A DNA stretch of 64,000 nt, taken from contig CAVQNG010000003.1 of the NCBI GenBank assembly GCA_963713825.1, positions 1,696,001 through 1,760,000 of the forward strand. Reading direction: 5' to 3'. Of the stretch, positions 39,446 through 53,300 are shown in pieces. This stretch comes from an uncultured Acidobacteriota bacterium. GTDB lineage: Bacteria > Acidobacteriota > Thermoanaerobaculia > Multivoradales > JAHEKO01. A program made the translations under genes and the position numbers. Every line of letters begins with the position of its first letter. Positions within the stretch are counted from its first letter, which is position 1. The notes beneath the pieces were generated by a model. The model searched no databases, had not been told where the DNA came from, and saw only the letters and a list, made by a program, of their open reading frames with translations.

Positions 39446-40573
39446 TCAGATCTTGATGAAGATCTTGCGACGATAGAGCAGGGCCATGAGGGCCCACCAG
39501 AGCAGCAGATATGTCAGTGCGAAGGCGAGCGAGGCGATCGTGGGAGAGGCCCAGGAGGCGAAGAAAGTCTCATAGAGCCACTGTTTCAAGGTAATCGGGT
39601 CCGGATCTGCGGGTACATGGATCCGAATCATCAACCGGGCGACGAGCCCCGACAGCATGAATACGGCGATCGCGTTGAGGCCGAAGACCACGGCCGGCTG
39701 CGCCCACTTGCCGTGGCCCCTGACGTCGATCAGCCAATAGCAGGCTGCCAGGCAAACGAGGGCCGCACCCGAGCTGAAGAGCACATAGGAGCTGGTCCAG
39801 AGGTTCTTGTTGATGGGGAACCAGAGACCCCAGACGAGTCCCGCAGCCATTGCAAGACCGCCAGCGACAGCCATGCCTTGGGCGATCTGGACACGCTCGC
39901 GTCCCGAACGCAGCCAATAGCCGGTGAAGACCCCGCTGAGCGCAGTGGCGATGGCTGGGAATGTGCTCAAGAGTCCCTCGGGGTCCCAGGTCCCCTGGTA
40001 CAACCGACCCGGGAGCAGCACGCTGTCGATCCAGCCTGCGAGGTTTCCTTCCGGAGTCAGATCACCGGCTCCGAACCCTGGCACCGGTACCCATTTCATC
40101 AACCCCCAGTAGCCCAGCAGTAGACCTGCACAGACCCAGACCTGGGCTCGTTGCGAGAGATTCAGGACGATCAACGAGGTCGCCAGGTAGACCACGGCGA
40201 TGCGTGGCAACACCCCGACGTAGCGCAGGTTGCCGAGATCGAAGTCGGGAAAGGCACTGAGCAGCAGGCCGAGACCGTAGATGATGGCCGAGCGCCGGAA
40301 GATCTGGCGATACAGATGCGACCGATCCCCTTCCTCGAGTCGACTGGCGAAAGAGAAGGTCATCGACACCCCGACAATGAAGACAAAGAAGGGGAAGATG
40401 AGATCCGTCGGAGTCCACCCGTGCCATTCTGCGTGGGCGAGGGGAGGATAGATGTTCCCCCAGCTACCCGGGTTGTTGACCAGGATCATCGCGGCAATCG
40501 TCAAGCCCCGGAACGCATCCAGGGAGACCAGGCGTTGCGAAGACTCTGCGGGAGTCGCGCCGCTGCTCTCCAC
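39446..40573 (-). CDS. Heparan-alpha-glucosaminide N-acetyltransferase-like membrane protein (DUF5009/NagX-like)
   Basis: RLVSLDAFRG...MILVNNPG, HAEWHG.TPTDLIFP, DPEGLL, PINKNLWTSSYV. Confidence 0.9.
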   Translation of the reverse strand: MESSGATPAESSQRLVSLDAFRGLTIAAMILVNNPGSWGNIYPPLAHAEWHGWTPTDLIFPFFVFIVGVSMTFSFASRLEEGDRSHLYRQIFRRSAIIYGLGLLLSAFPDFDLGNLRYVGVLPRIAVVYLATSLIVLNLSQRAQVWVCAGLLLGYWGLMKWVPVPGFGAGDLTPEGNLAGWIDSVLLPGRLYQGTWDPEGLLSTFPAIATALSGVFTGYWLRSGRERVQIAQGMAVAGGLAMAAGLVWGLWFPINKNLWTSSYVLFSSGAALVCLAACYWLIDVRGHGKWAQPAVVFGLNAIAVFMLSGLVARLMIRIHVPADPDPITLKQWLYETFFASWASPTIASLAFALTYLLLWWALMALLYRRKIFIKI

Positions 40574-43105
40574 TCAATCCTCCGCAGGAAGGAAGCCCTG
40601 AATCAGGCCGGCAGCCTGTCTCGCAGCCACGGCGAGGTTCTGGTCAGGATCTGTGTCAGCCAGGTCTTCGAGAAAGCCGATATCTTCGCTTCGATGCAGC
40701 TGCCCCAGCTTTTCGATGGCATCGCCTCGCACGGTCAGGCTCGAGTCGTAGGCCATCTCCCGCAGGCGCTGGGCGAGAGCAGGATCGTCGGGTGCGGCTC
40801 GCAGCCAGCCGTCCAGAGCAGCGAGTCGTGCCTGAATGGAATATCTGGAGTCGGTGTAGGGCCGAAAGATGGGGACGAAATCTCTATCCTCCAACTCTGC
40901 GAGACCCAGTAGCGCGCCGATGGTGATCACGTTGCCCCAGGGTGATTCTCTGGAAAGCTGATCTTCCAGGAAGCCACCTGCTCCGGTTGCGCGCATTCGG
41001 CCGAGAGCGAACGCTGCCACTCCTGCGACCTCCGCTGCGGTGTCGGTTTCGACGACGGTCCGCAGGAGCTCTGCCGCCGCGTCGCTACCGACGTCGGCCA
41101 GGGCGAGGGCGGCAGCCCGGCGCACGCGTCGGTCCTTGTTATCCAAGGCGCCTCTGAGGGCCCTTGTGGCCGTGTCACCGCCGATGGCCCCGAGGTCGAG
41201 AGCGACCTCCTGACGCAGCCCCCAGTGCGCGTCTTCGTCGGCCAGGAGCTCTGCCAGGGCTTCGACTGCGCTCATTCGTCGCGGAAAATCCGTTGTGACC
41301 TGACGCGCCGCCTGCAGCTTGGCGGCCAGGTCGCCCTGCTCGAGCTGAAATAGAACCTCATCGAGGGTGCGCGCAATCTCGATGTCGGCAACGAGCCAGT
41401 TTCCCTGGTCGAAGATCACTGCTTGTGGGTGGCTCGCGGAGGGCAGAGTGACCTGAGTCGTCCACTTGTCGAGCAGGATGGTATGTGTCTGGGCGCCCTC
41501 CGCGGTGAGAATCTGGATGTCCACCGGCAGCCGGAACAGGTCTTCGAAAGGCAGGTCGCCTTGCACTTGCTCGACCGTCAAGTCGATCTCCTGCCGCTCA
41601 GGCACCCAGAGATAGGAGACGCTGAGCGCAGGATGGCCGCCACCGCCGACGATCCAGTCCTCGAAGAACCAGGAGAGATTGCGCCCGCTGTGCCTCTCCA
41701 AGGCCCTTTGGAAATCCACTGAGTCCACCTCCGAAAAGGCATGAGATTCGAGATAAGCGCTGAGGGCGCCGAAGAAGATCTCGTCGCCGACGAAGTGGCG
41801 CAGCATATGGAGGACGAGTGACCCTTTGATGTAGGTCGTCTCTTCCTGGTAGATCTCTCCCGGCGCGCTGTACCGAAGGAACTCGAGCGGCCTCACCTCG
41901 CCTGTGCGTCGGACGAAGTCCAGGTAGGCGTGGCGATACCGCCAGCGCTGGTAGGTGAGATCGTCTTCCCCCCTCTCTTGCTCGGTCCACAGGGTATGAG
42001 CGAAAGAAGCGAAGGACTCGTTCAGCCAGATTGAACCGAGCGAGCGGCAGGTGACGAGGTCGCCGAACCAGTGGTGTGCCAGCTCATGGGCGATGGTGTC
42101 TTCGTAGTGCCAGATCGCGCTCGCCTGATCGAAGGTCAAAGAGAGGCTATCTGTAGGGTCGTCGGGATGCCGCGCTTCGGTCTCGCCGAACCCGACCATG
42201 GTCGCGGTCTCCATGGCCCAGTCGAACTCCCTGAGTAAAACCTGGTCGTACTTCGGCCAGGCGTAGGGATACCGGAAACGTTCGGAAAAGAACTCGACCA
42301 TCTTCGGGGTGTTCCGGAATGCGAATCGAGCGGCTTCCTCGCCACCGGCTTCGGTCCACACGCTCAAGGGAACGGCGCGCGAGCCCACTCGAGCTTCTTC
42401 GAGTGGGACTTCGACGAATTGGCCCACATTCAGGGCCAGAAGGTAGTTGGGAATCTCCTCGGTCTGAATCCAGTGAAACGTGCGGCTGCCGTCGGGGTTC
42501 TCGACGACCTCCTCGAGAGCTCCGTTCGAGAGCGCGACGAAGGGATCTGCGACCGTGATTCGGAAATCCACTGCGAAGCGATCGTTGGTGTCGTTGTAGA
42601 GGGGCAGCCAACCATAGTGGATCCCACCTTCCCCATAGTTCCAAGCCTGCGCTGAGCCCTTCTCGGACTCTGGGAAGAAGTACAGTCCCGATTTGGGCTT
42701 ACACGTGTAGGCAATACGAACGGTGAGCGAGTCTCCTGGTTGAGCAGCGCCTGGCATCTCGATGCGGAGTTGACGACCTTCGATCGAATATCGCAGCGTC
42801 GTCGGTTCCGCGGACGAAAGTGGTGACTCGAGAAGGTCGACGGATTCGATGTCGAGATCGGCGGCATCGAGAGAGAGTGACTGCAAGCCGACCCGCAGCG
42901 GGGTCAGTTCGACGCTGACAAGGCCCGCGATCCGCTGGTCTTGCATGTCGATGTCGAACGAACCGGAGAGCTTCCGGATATCGAACGTTCGCTCCCGCAC
43001 GGGCTGCTCGGGACCTTCCGGCAGGTGGTGGCCCGGTGTGACAGCCGCGAGTGGGATCGCGAAGACCAGGGACAGGACCGCAAACGACAAGTTTCGGCGA
43101 ATCAT
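40574..43105 (-). CDS. M1 aminopeptidase N with C-terminal HEAT repeats, exported
   Basis: HELAH..FGDLVT...WLNESFA (HExxH-x18-E), Y.KG..VLHML; WAMET in place of GAMEN. Confidence 0.9.
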   Translation of the reverse strand: MIRRNLSFAVLSLVFAIPLAAVTPGHHLPEGPEQPVRERTFDIRKLSGSFDIDMQDQRIAGLVSVELTPLRVGLQSLSLDAADLDIESVDLLESPLSSAEPTTLRYSIEGRQLRIEMPGAAQPGDSLTVRIAYTCKPKSGLYFFPESEKGSAQAWNYGEGGIHYGWLPLYNDTNDRFAVDFRITVADPFVALSNGALEEVVENPDGSRTFHWIQTEEIPNYLLALNVGQFVEVPLEEARVGSRAVPLSVWTEAGGEEAARFAFRNTPKMVEFFSERFRYPYAWPKYDQVLLREFDWAMETATMVGFGETEARHPDDPTDSLSLTFDQASAIWHYEDTIAHELAHHWFGDLVTCRSLGSIWLNESFASFAHTLWTEQERGEDDLTYQRWRYRHAYLDFVRRTGEVRPLEFLRYSAPGEIYQEETTYIKGSLVLHMLRHFVGDEIFFGALSAYLESHAFSEVDSVDFQRALERHSGRNLSWFFEDWIVGGGGHPALSVSYLWVPERQEIDLTVEQVQGDLPFEDLFRLPVDIQILTAEGAQTHTILLDKWTTQVTLPSASHPQAVIFDQGNWLVADIEIARTLDEVLFQLEQGDLAAKLQAARQVTTDFPRRMSAVEALAELLADEDAHWGLRQEVALDLGAIGGDTATRALRGALDNKDRRVRRAAALALADVGSDAAAELLRTVVETDTAAEVAGVAAFALGRMRATGAGGFLEDQLSRESPWGNVITIGALLGLAELEDRDFVPIFRPYTDSRYSIQARLAALDGWLRAAPDDPALAQRLREMAYDSSLTVRGDAIEKLGQLHRSEDIGFLEDLADTDPDQNLAVAARQAAGLIQGFLPAED

Positions 43106-43229
43106 CAGGCCCTCCTCGACCGATGCTCGTTGGGATGGGTCGAGACTAAGGGAAGGAGTGCATTAGGGCAACACCTGCTACACTCGGCCGCCAAAATCTC
43201 GACTTTCGATTCGTTTCAGGAGGATTTCT

Positions 43230-44513
43230 ATGCGCCGTCGTGTCTCTGTGTCCAGCACACTGTTCGTGCTGTTGGTGATTGCCCATATCGTCGAAGCCGA
43301 GCCCATTGCAGTGCGGGCGAATCGGATGTTGGACGTCGAAAGCGGTCGGATTCTGGCGCATGCGACGGTTGTCATTGATGGGGACCGCATTGCCGCCGTC
43401 AATCCTGCCGTTGTTCCTCCGGGCACCCGAGTTGTCGAGCTGGGCGACGTCACCCTGCTGCCAGGCCTGATCGACACCCACGTTCACCTGACCGGTTCTG
43501 ATCCGAACTTCCGAGACCTGGTGTTCAGCGAGAACGGCGCCGCCGGGGCATTGCGCGGGGCGGCCAATGCCCAGACGACCTTGATGGCTGGCTTTACGAC
43601 GGTACGGGACCTGGCTCAGCTCCATCCGACGCTGGACCTGATCACCGTGGCGCTCGCAGAAGCCAGTGAGGCTGGGACCATCGCTGCGCCCCACATCATC
43701 GCCTGCGGACACGCCCTCAGCATCACGGGCGGCCATATCGACCCCGCCATGTTCGTCAGCAGCGCCGAGGGCGTGTTGGAGCTGGGTCCCGAGTTCGGGA
43801 TCGCCGATGGTGTCGAAGAGGTCGTCAAGGCGACCCGGTACCAGATCAAACACGGAGCGAAGGTCATCAAGATCTCCGCCACCGCCGGAGTCATGTCCCT
43901 GGAGGGCAGCGTCGGTGCCCAGCAGTACTCGGAGGCCGAGATGACAGCAATCGTCGAAGAAGCGACTCGCCACGGAATCAAAGTCGCGGCACACGCGCAC
44001 GGCATCGAGGGTATCAACGCGGCGATCCGGGCCGGCGTTGCATCGATCGAGCACGGCTCGCTGCTCGACGAGGAGAGCATCCGGATGATGAGGGAGCGGG
44101 GTACCTACCTGGTGCTCACCGCCGCGCTCGCCGACATCATGCAGCTCGACGGTCTGCCGACGCCAGTGCGCGAGAAGGCCGAATACGTGATGCCACTCGC
44201 CAAAGAGAATCACGCAGCCGCGATCGCTGCAGGGGTGAAGATCGCCATGGGCTCCGACGCACCGCTGGTGCCACACGGTGAGAACGGTCGAGAGATCGTC
44301 ACCATGGTCGACCTGGGGATGACACCGGCAGAGGCCCTGCGCGCGGCCACCGTGAACGCGGCGGATCTGCTCGGCACCCCCGACCGGGGACGTATCGAAG
44401 AGGGGCTACTGGCCGATCTGATTGCGGTCTCCGGCGACCCTCTACAGGATATCGAGCGGGTCCTCGATGTGCGGTTTGTGATGAAGGCCGGTGAGATCTA
44501 CGTCCAACCGTGA
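43230..44513 (+). CDS. Metal-dependent amidohydrolase (prolidase-like subgroup)
   Basis: [28 protein letters not shown]; signal peptide. Confidence 0.9.
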   Translation: MRRRVSVSSTLFVLLVIAHIVEAEPIAVRANRMLDVESGRILAHATVVIDGDRIAAVNPAVVPPGTRVVELGDVTLLPGLIDTHVHLTGSDPNFRDLVFSENGAAGALRGAANAQTTLMAGFTTVRDLAQLHPTLDLITVALAEASEAGTIAAPHIIACGHALSITGGHIDPAMFVSSAEGVLELGPEFGIADGVEEVVKATRYQIKHGAKVIKISATAGVMSLEGSVGAQQYSEAEMTAIVEEATRHGIKVAAHAHGIEGINAAIRAGVASIEHGSLLDEESIRMMRERGTYLVLTAALADIMQLDGLPTPVREKAEYVMPLAKENHAAAIAAGVKIAMGSDAPLVPHGENGREIVTMVDLGMTPAEALRAATVNAADLLGTPDRGRIEEGLLADLIAVSGDPLQDIERVLDVRFVMKAGEIYVQP

Positions 44514-44545
44514 CGCTTTTTCCGGCGGCGAGTCGGTATCCGTTC

Positions 44546-45862
44546 TTAGTTTCCTGTCGGGTCCTTGATCGAGCTCAAGGCCTGGCGCACGAAGCGGGAC
44601 TTCACCTGCTCGGTGGCCAGGAGCTTCTGGCTCACAGGCAGCCGATTGAGTGTTTGCAACACCTGATTCAGGAACTGACTGCCCCTACCGCCGCCTTCGT
44701 CGAAGAGCAGGTGGGGCAGCTTGCCCCTTTCGATGGCCATCCTCAAGGCGCGCTCGAGGCTGTTGGCGGGAATGTAGCGGAGTCTGTCCGAGCGCTCCAT
44801 TCCCAGGGCATCGACCTTGCACGAATGGGAGCAGACGCCGCAGCCGATGCAGCGCTCTTCGTCGATCTCGGGCAGTAGCGCGCTTTTGCGTTGAGCACTG
44901 ACGCGCTCGGGGACCATGGTGATCGCTCCGACTGGACATTCCCTGGCACAGCGCGAGCACCCCTTGCAGAGCTCCTGGTCCAGCTCGGGAGCGAAGCCGC
45001 TGGGCACGACCGCAGGTAGGTCGAACTCGTTGATTGCACTGAGCTGGCCGCAACAGCAGCTGCAGCAGTTGCAGATGTAGGTCGGCCGATTGCGGACGTT
45101 GTCGGCGATCTGGACGAGCCCCTTATCGCGGGATTCGGTGAGAATCTGCTCAGCCTCTTCCTTCTCGATCTTGCGGCCGAAACCCCGCCGTACCACGAAG
45201 GTAGCTCCACCGTTGAGGGACAGGCAGACCTCCTTCGGAGCGTCGCAATCCGTTCCCAGATGTTCGGCCTTGTGACGGCAGTAGCAATAGGAGACGGCGA
45301 TCTCCTTGGCGTCGTCGATGACAGCCGTGGCGCGCTCCCAGTCGAGGACTTCCGGAAGCGGGTCGCCGGCGAGCTGGTCCTCGTTGACCATCGCACGGCC
45401 CATCACAGTCTCGCCCGAGAAGACCTCGCGGGCAAAGGTGTCGTCGCCGTGCATGTAGGCCTCCATCGCCTGCGCCAGCTCGTCTCGCGGGAAATCCTCG
45501 TGGGCGCGCATGAAGCTGAACTCGAAGAAGCCGATCACTGGGGGTGCCAGCAGGTATCGTGTCTCCCCGGTCTTGGGGTTCACCAGATCCATCACAAGTC
45601 CCTTGTCGCACAGCGGCTCCAGCTTCGGCTCCAACTCTGCGGGGGTCATGCCGACTCGCTTGGCAATTCCCTCCAGCTTGGCGGGACGTACCGGCATCTG
45701 CGCCGCCAGCGCCGCTTCCTCAGGTGTGAACAGGATCTCCAGAATCCGCTGCCAGCTGTCTCTCGCTTTCTCGTCAGTGGGCTCGGGCATACTCACCAAA
45801 CCGGCGTCGAGCCGATGCAGCAGCGATTGATATTCTGTCTTCAGGTGGCCGAGGTGCCCCAT
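44546..45862 (-). CDS. 4Fe-4S dicluster ferredoxin-domain protein with N-terminal HTH-like region
   Basis: CYCRH, ICNCCSCCC, CKGCSRCARECP, CIGCGVCSHSC. Confidence 0.88.
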   Translation of the reverse strand: MGHLGHLKTEYQSLLHRLDAGLVSMPEPTDEKARDSWQRILEILFTPEEAALAAQMPVRPAKLEGIAKRVGMTPAELEPKLEPLCDKGLVMDLVNPKTGETRYLLAPPVIGFFEFSFMRAHEDFPRDELAQAMEAYMHGDDTFAREVFSGETVMGRAMVNEDQLAGDPLPEVLDWERATAVIDDAKEIAVSYCYCRHKAEHLGTDCDAPKEVCLSLNGGATFVVRRGFGRKIEKEEAEQILTESRDKGLVQIADNVRNRPTYICNCCSCCCGQLSAINEFDLPAVVPSGFAPELDQELCKGCSRCARECPVGAITMVPERVSAQRKSALLPEIDEERCIGCGVCSHSCKVDALGMERSDRLRYIPANSLERALRMAIERGKLPHLLFDEGGGRGSQFLNQVLQTLNRLPVSQKLLATEQVKSRFVRQALSSIKDPTGN

Positions 45863-45968
45863 GGTGTCCTCCCGGGAACAAGCCGCGATTCAGCGCGGCG
45901 TTCAGGTGCGGATCACCTGATTTTCTATGCTGAACAGCTGGAAGGGAACACCCGTAAGGGTAGGACGC

Positions 45969-48650
<2,682 letters not shown>

Positions 48651-48752
48651 GTTCCGACTCCTCCTGCTCGTTCTGGTGCTCAGATTTCGGGAGTTGGTTC
48701 TCCCCCCAGCGACGGATTTCGCCAGCCCTTGTTGGGGCCTGACGAGATCTTC

Positions 48753-49031
48753 CTACCCGGTGTGGCTCGCCAGGATCTCGTCGACCTCTTCCATCGTGAA
48801 CTTTGTGAGCTGAACCACGTGAGCCTTCTCCCGATGCGGTGGAGGGACGATCATTCTCGCCTCTTCCCTGTCACTCGCGTCGACGATCAACCAGGCCCGG
48901 TGATCGCCATCCTTGCAGCCCCAGTCCGCATTCGTCAGGTAGTGGGAGCCTGTTTCCAGAAACGTCTGGACGACACGCGCGCAGGCGACGACTTCCTCTT
49001 CATGAGGTACCTCGATCAGGAACCGGTCCAT
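48753..49031 (-). CDS. Small hypothetical protein
   Basis: 92 aa with AAAGGA RBS; FLIEVPH...C...WGC..GDH.AW. Confidence 0.7.
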   Translation of the reverse strand: MDRFLIEVPHEEEVVACARVVQTFLETGSHYLTNADWGCKDGDHRAWLIVDASDREEARMIVPPPHREKAHVVQLTKFTMEEVDEILASHTG

Positions 49032-49139
49032 ACGGCAAGTCCTTTCTGTCGAAATCCGCTGGGACTATACACCCTGTCGCCATGGGGAACGAAACGCCGC
49101 TAGGCTCGCTGCCCGGCGCCGCTCACAACGGGTGAGGGG

Positions 49140-49469
49140 CTACTTGGAGGGAAGCGACCGGGCGAAGCGCACACCGCGATCGACCCAGGCCTGGAGGTCG
49201 CCCGGCGAATCGAAACCCCGCCGATCCACCATCACCATGCCCTTCAATGGCCGGCCGGTGAAATCGCATTCGCGGGCAAAGGGGACCCTGAGGGCATCTT
49301 CATAGTGGTCGGCGCCGACGCGGACGACGAGAATGTCGTTGCTGACTCCGCAGGCCATGTGGCCGTTGACCATGAAGGTCAATCCGCCGAACATCCTCTT
49401 CTCCTCGACCTCGACTCGATCTTCGAGAAGGTCACGGATTCGCGTCACGAGCTCTTCGTTGTAGGCCAT
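49140..49469 (-). CDS. TfoX/Sxy N-terminal domain protein
   Basis: MAYNEEL..RIR, EKRMFGGL.FMVNG.M.CG, DFTGRP.KG. Confidence 0.88.
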   Translation of the reverse strand: MAYNEELVTRIRDLLEDRVEVEEKRMFGGLTFMVNGHMACGVSNDILVVRVGADHYEDALRVPFARECDFTGRPLKGMVMVDRRGFDSPGDLQAWVDRGVRFARSLPSK

Positions 49470-49746
49470 GTTTCGAGTGCTCTTGGTACCGACAGCTTCA
49501 GTAGGTGCTCTCGCATCAGACGGGAGCAATTCAGCCTCTGAATTCTGCTATCCGCCGCTAGGGCTCGCCCTGAGTCTACCGCATGGCCGCCAGGGCACTT
49601 TCGATCGCGATCGTGGACGGTGGGTGCAGGCAGACCTAGTCCAGCGAGAACCACGGTCCCCGCTGCTTGGTGTGGTCGAGGACAATCTCGGCGAAGCCTT
49701 CGACGACCATCCATCCACCGGTCTTCGTCGACTAGTATTGAAAGCC

Positions 49747-50211
49747 ATGTGGAACCTTCGGAATGGCATTCCATTTGGAAGAGGTCTCTTAGAGAGCTTT
49801 TCATGGGTCCTGGTGCTCATCGGCCTGGCTTGCAGTGCTCCTGCGGCGGACGAAACTCGGCATGCGGAGAATTCGGAGGAGGCCGTTATAGAGGAGTCGA
49901 GTCAGTACGATCCCGGATTGGAGCCGTTCGTGGTGATGGCCAAAGAAGACCTCGCGGAGCGGCTGGAGGTCGGTGTGGAAATCATCGAAGTTGTCGAGGC
50001 CGAGCTGGTCGTCTGGCCGGACGCCAGCATGGGGTGCCCCGATCCGGACATGATGTACATCCAGGTGCCACAGGACGGTAGCCGCATACGGCTACGAGTC
50101 GAGGAAGCAGTCTTCGAATACCACAGCGGTGGCGACCGGATGCCGTTTCTGTGTGAGGATCCCACTCCTCCCGCCACCTCGCCGAAGGAACCCGACGCCG
50201 AATCCAACTGA
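49747..50211 (+). CDS. Hypothetical lipoprotein
   Basis: Lipobox GLAC; DLA.RL, WPDASMGCP..YIQV, YH motifs; start uncertain. Confidence 0.65.
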   Translation: MWNLRNGIPFGRGLLESFSWVLVLIGLACSAPAADETRHAENSEEAVIEESSQYDPGLEPFVVMAKEDLAERLEVGVEIIEVVEAELVVWPDASMGCPDPDMMYIQVPQDGSRIRLRVEEAVFEYHSGGDRMPFLCEDPTPPATSPKEPDAESN

Positions 50212-50236
50212 GCTGGCCCCAGGATCGTCTTGGGAC

Positions 50237-50271
50237 AAAGAAACGCCCCCGGGAGGGTGGTCCCGGGGGCG
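50237..50271 (-). terminator. Rho-independent terminator of the S8 gene
   Basis: CGCCCCCGGGA/TCCCGGGGGCG 11-bp stem followed by TTTCTTT on the minus strand. Confidence 0.8.
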
Positions 50272-50304
50272 ATAGGTTTCATGTTGCCAATTTCAGGACC
50301 GCGG

Positions 50305-53300
50305 CTACTTGCTTGGTCCGAACCCCGACTGTGGACGGGCCGTGGGAAACCTGAGATCGACATCGATCAGGGTCAGACACATCAGGCCTATGTCACCCGT
50401 GTGCGATACAGCGCCCAGGTGCCAATCGGCCAATGTTCCGTCCCAGAGATTGAACCAGCTCACATCGATGGTTCCCGTGGCACCGAGGGTCGCTGCCGAC
50501 GGAGCCGAATCGATCTTCAGGCTTCCACCCGAAGCGAGGGGAATATCCCAGGCATAGAGGTAGTAGTCCGAGTCTCCACCTGGAGTGGACCAACCGTGGA
50601 CCCAAACCGTCCAGGTGCCATCCATCGGCAGCAGAATATTGATTTGCTCATCGGTGCCACCCTCTGTGCTCGTTGCCGCGAGGTTTCCCAGCGGGTCGTA
50701 CAGGTAGAGGTCGAGATCTGCATCGGCCTCGGTCGCATCCGGTGGCATTGAGAACCGCAGGTAGGCAGAACCGCTCACTGGGAGTGGATGCGGATTGCTG
50801 AAGCCGTCACCTGGGTCGAAGGTCTGATCCGGGTCCTGCAGCACGTTGTCGTGAGTGACGATCGCCGGAATGAAACCGTGTGGGGCTGCGGTATAGCTGC
50901 CCGTGTAGCCGAACATCACGTCGAAACTCAGATCGCTTGTCGTGCCGTATCCCTCGAGCTCTTCGGGGCAATAGAACAGCGACGCGTTCACTGCGATCGG
51001 ACTGTAGACTTCGTAGTGTCCTGTCTTGTCCTTCCAGGTCAGCGAACCGAATCGCCACTCGCCGATCGGGGCACCCACGTTGGTGATGGTCACCTCGTAG
51101 GTGGCCGTCTGGCCACGCTTCAATTTGAATTTCGAAGGGCTGACAGTCACCTCGTAGCCGGGAGGTGCATCGACTTCTGCGTGGTACTTGCGCCATCCCT
51201 GTTCCATGGCCACGCTGGTCACGGTCCTTGTCACGGTCTGCCGTCCTGGCAGCTCGTAGATGCCGATGGAGGGAAGGTTCAGGTCGCTCGGGTCCGAGGG
51301 GACACCGATCGATTCCAAGAAGTCGCAGCTGCCAGGTGTGAAGACATCCCACTCCATGCCACACGTGAAGGCTGCGTACTCGAACAGGCCCGCGTCATAC
51401 GCCAGCCCCGGATGAACGATGGAGCCCTTCCTCCACTTGCCGCCCGGGTTGATGTGTCCCGCGCCCATGTCGAAGGGGTCGGCCGGGCTGACGCGGTCGT
51501 TGTCGACCACGTCCTGGTAGGCCGTCGTCATCATGGCCGACCTGGCCATGGCGGCGCTCCAGTGGGGTCTCGCCTGCTTGATCAGGGCGAAGATGCCAGC
51601 CACATGGGGGCTCGACATCGAGGTGCCCTGGATCGCCTGGAACAGCTCTCCTTGAATAGCCGAGCTTTCAAGGGGTGTTGGAGTGTTGCCGGCGAGGATC
51701 TGAACTCCCGGTGCGGTGATGTCGGGCTTGATGATGTCCGGGGACACCGGATTGGGTCCCCGCGAAGAGAAGTACGCCATCGACGGGGCATAGGGCCACT
51801 CGCTGTACTCCTCCGCTACGATCTCGGCAGTTGGGCTGGTTGCTGCGGCGATATAGGCCTTGATCGCCAGGCCCGGTGTTTGATCGATGTGGACCGTCGG
51901 GGTCCAATGCGAATCGCTGGCCAGATTGTCGACATCGCTGTTGTTGTAGAAGATCGTCCCGACTCCTCCTGCCATGTAGACAGCCTGGCTCTTTGCGGCG
52001 CGGGCGGAGCCCCCGCGGCGGCAGAGCACGATCTTGCCGGTAACATCAGCAGGATTCAGCGTTCCCGGAAGGCACAAGTCACCGCCGGCGAACTCGGCAT
52101 CCACCAATGGGGCCTCGGCCGCACCAGGCGTGATTGACGCACCCACGTACTCGGTTCCATCACCGAGCACCACCGTTGCCTGGAAGAAGCGACTCTGGGT
52201 GTTCGCTCCCACCGTGGTCATCCAGGGCATGGTGCCCGGGTTGCCCAGCGTTGCCGCGCCGGGTCCGGCATTGCCCGCCGACGTCGCAACGAACACGTCC
52301 GCTGCAGCGGCGAACAAGAAGGCTATTTCGTCAGCGCCGGGTGGCCCGGCCCCACCACCAACGGAGTAGTTGATTACGTCCACACCGTCGAACACGGCCT
52401 GATCGATCGCGGCCGCCAGATCCGATGTGAAACCGCCCAGATCGCCAAGTCCCTTGTAGGCCACGACATGAGCTCGGGGTGCCATGCCCGACACCAGTCC
52501 ACGGGGAATGCCGTAGATCGATGCAAAGACGCCGCCGTTTCCAGCTGCGGTCGAGGCGGTATGGGACCCGTGACCATTGTCGTCCCGGGCCGAGTCGTAC
52601 TCGGCCGGATCGGCACCGATAAGGGATCGATAGGTGTCCAGCATCTGGCGTGCGCCAATCAACTTGTTGTTGCAGGTAAAGGGCGCATCGTTGGGATTAT
52701 GGACGGTATTGCCAAATTCGCAGTTCGGCCTCGAATCGTCCAACTCGATCGGAGGCTCTGGAAAACTCCCGTCGTCCGCAAAGCTGGGATGCTCCGGCCA
52801 GATTCCGGAGTCGATGACGCCGACCACGACTCCCTCGCCGTCGAATCCCTTTAGCCAGGCACCTCCGGCGTCCGTCAAACCCAGGAAGCTCGGGCTGGAG
52901 TCGGTCTGCGCAAAGCGCATCACGTCGGGCTTGACCGCGAGAACGTCCTTCTGAGTCGCCACCGAAAGGGCCTGCTCATGGCTCATCATGGCGGCATAGC
53001 CGTTCAGTGCGACGGTGTAGCTGTGGATTTTGGCTCCCGGCCGGATCCCTGCGGCCTCAAGGGAAGCTTCGTGTGTCGCCTTCAGATGCTCAGCGTACTT
53101 TCCGACCCGAAAGCTCTTGGGATTCAGCTTCTTGCCCTTGCCGGGCTTCGTCGCCTTGAATCCGGCCTCGTCCCCTTTGTAGGCGATGACCGGATCCTGA
53201 GCCATCAAGACAATGTAGACACCGTACTCGCTCTTCTCGACGCCCTCCTGGCGTCCCAGCAGGTCGATGTCCGGGGCGTCGGTTTGCTCGGCGAGTACAG

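Noticed and set aside
50788-52137. 449-aa plus-strand ORF
   Set aside because: Antisense shadow of the S8 protease.
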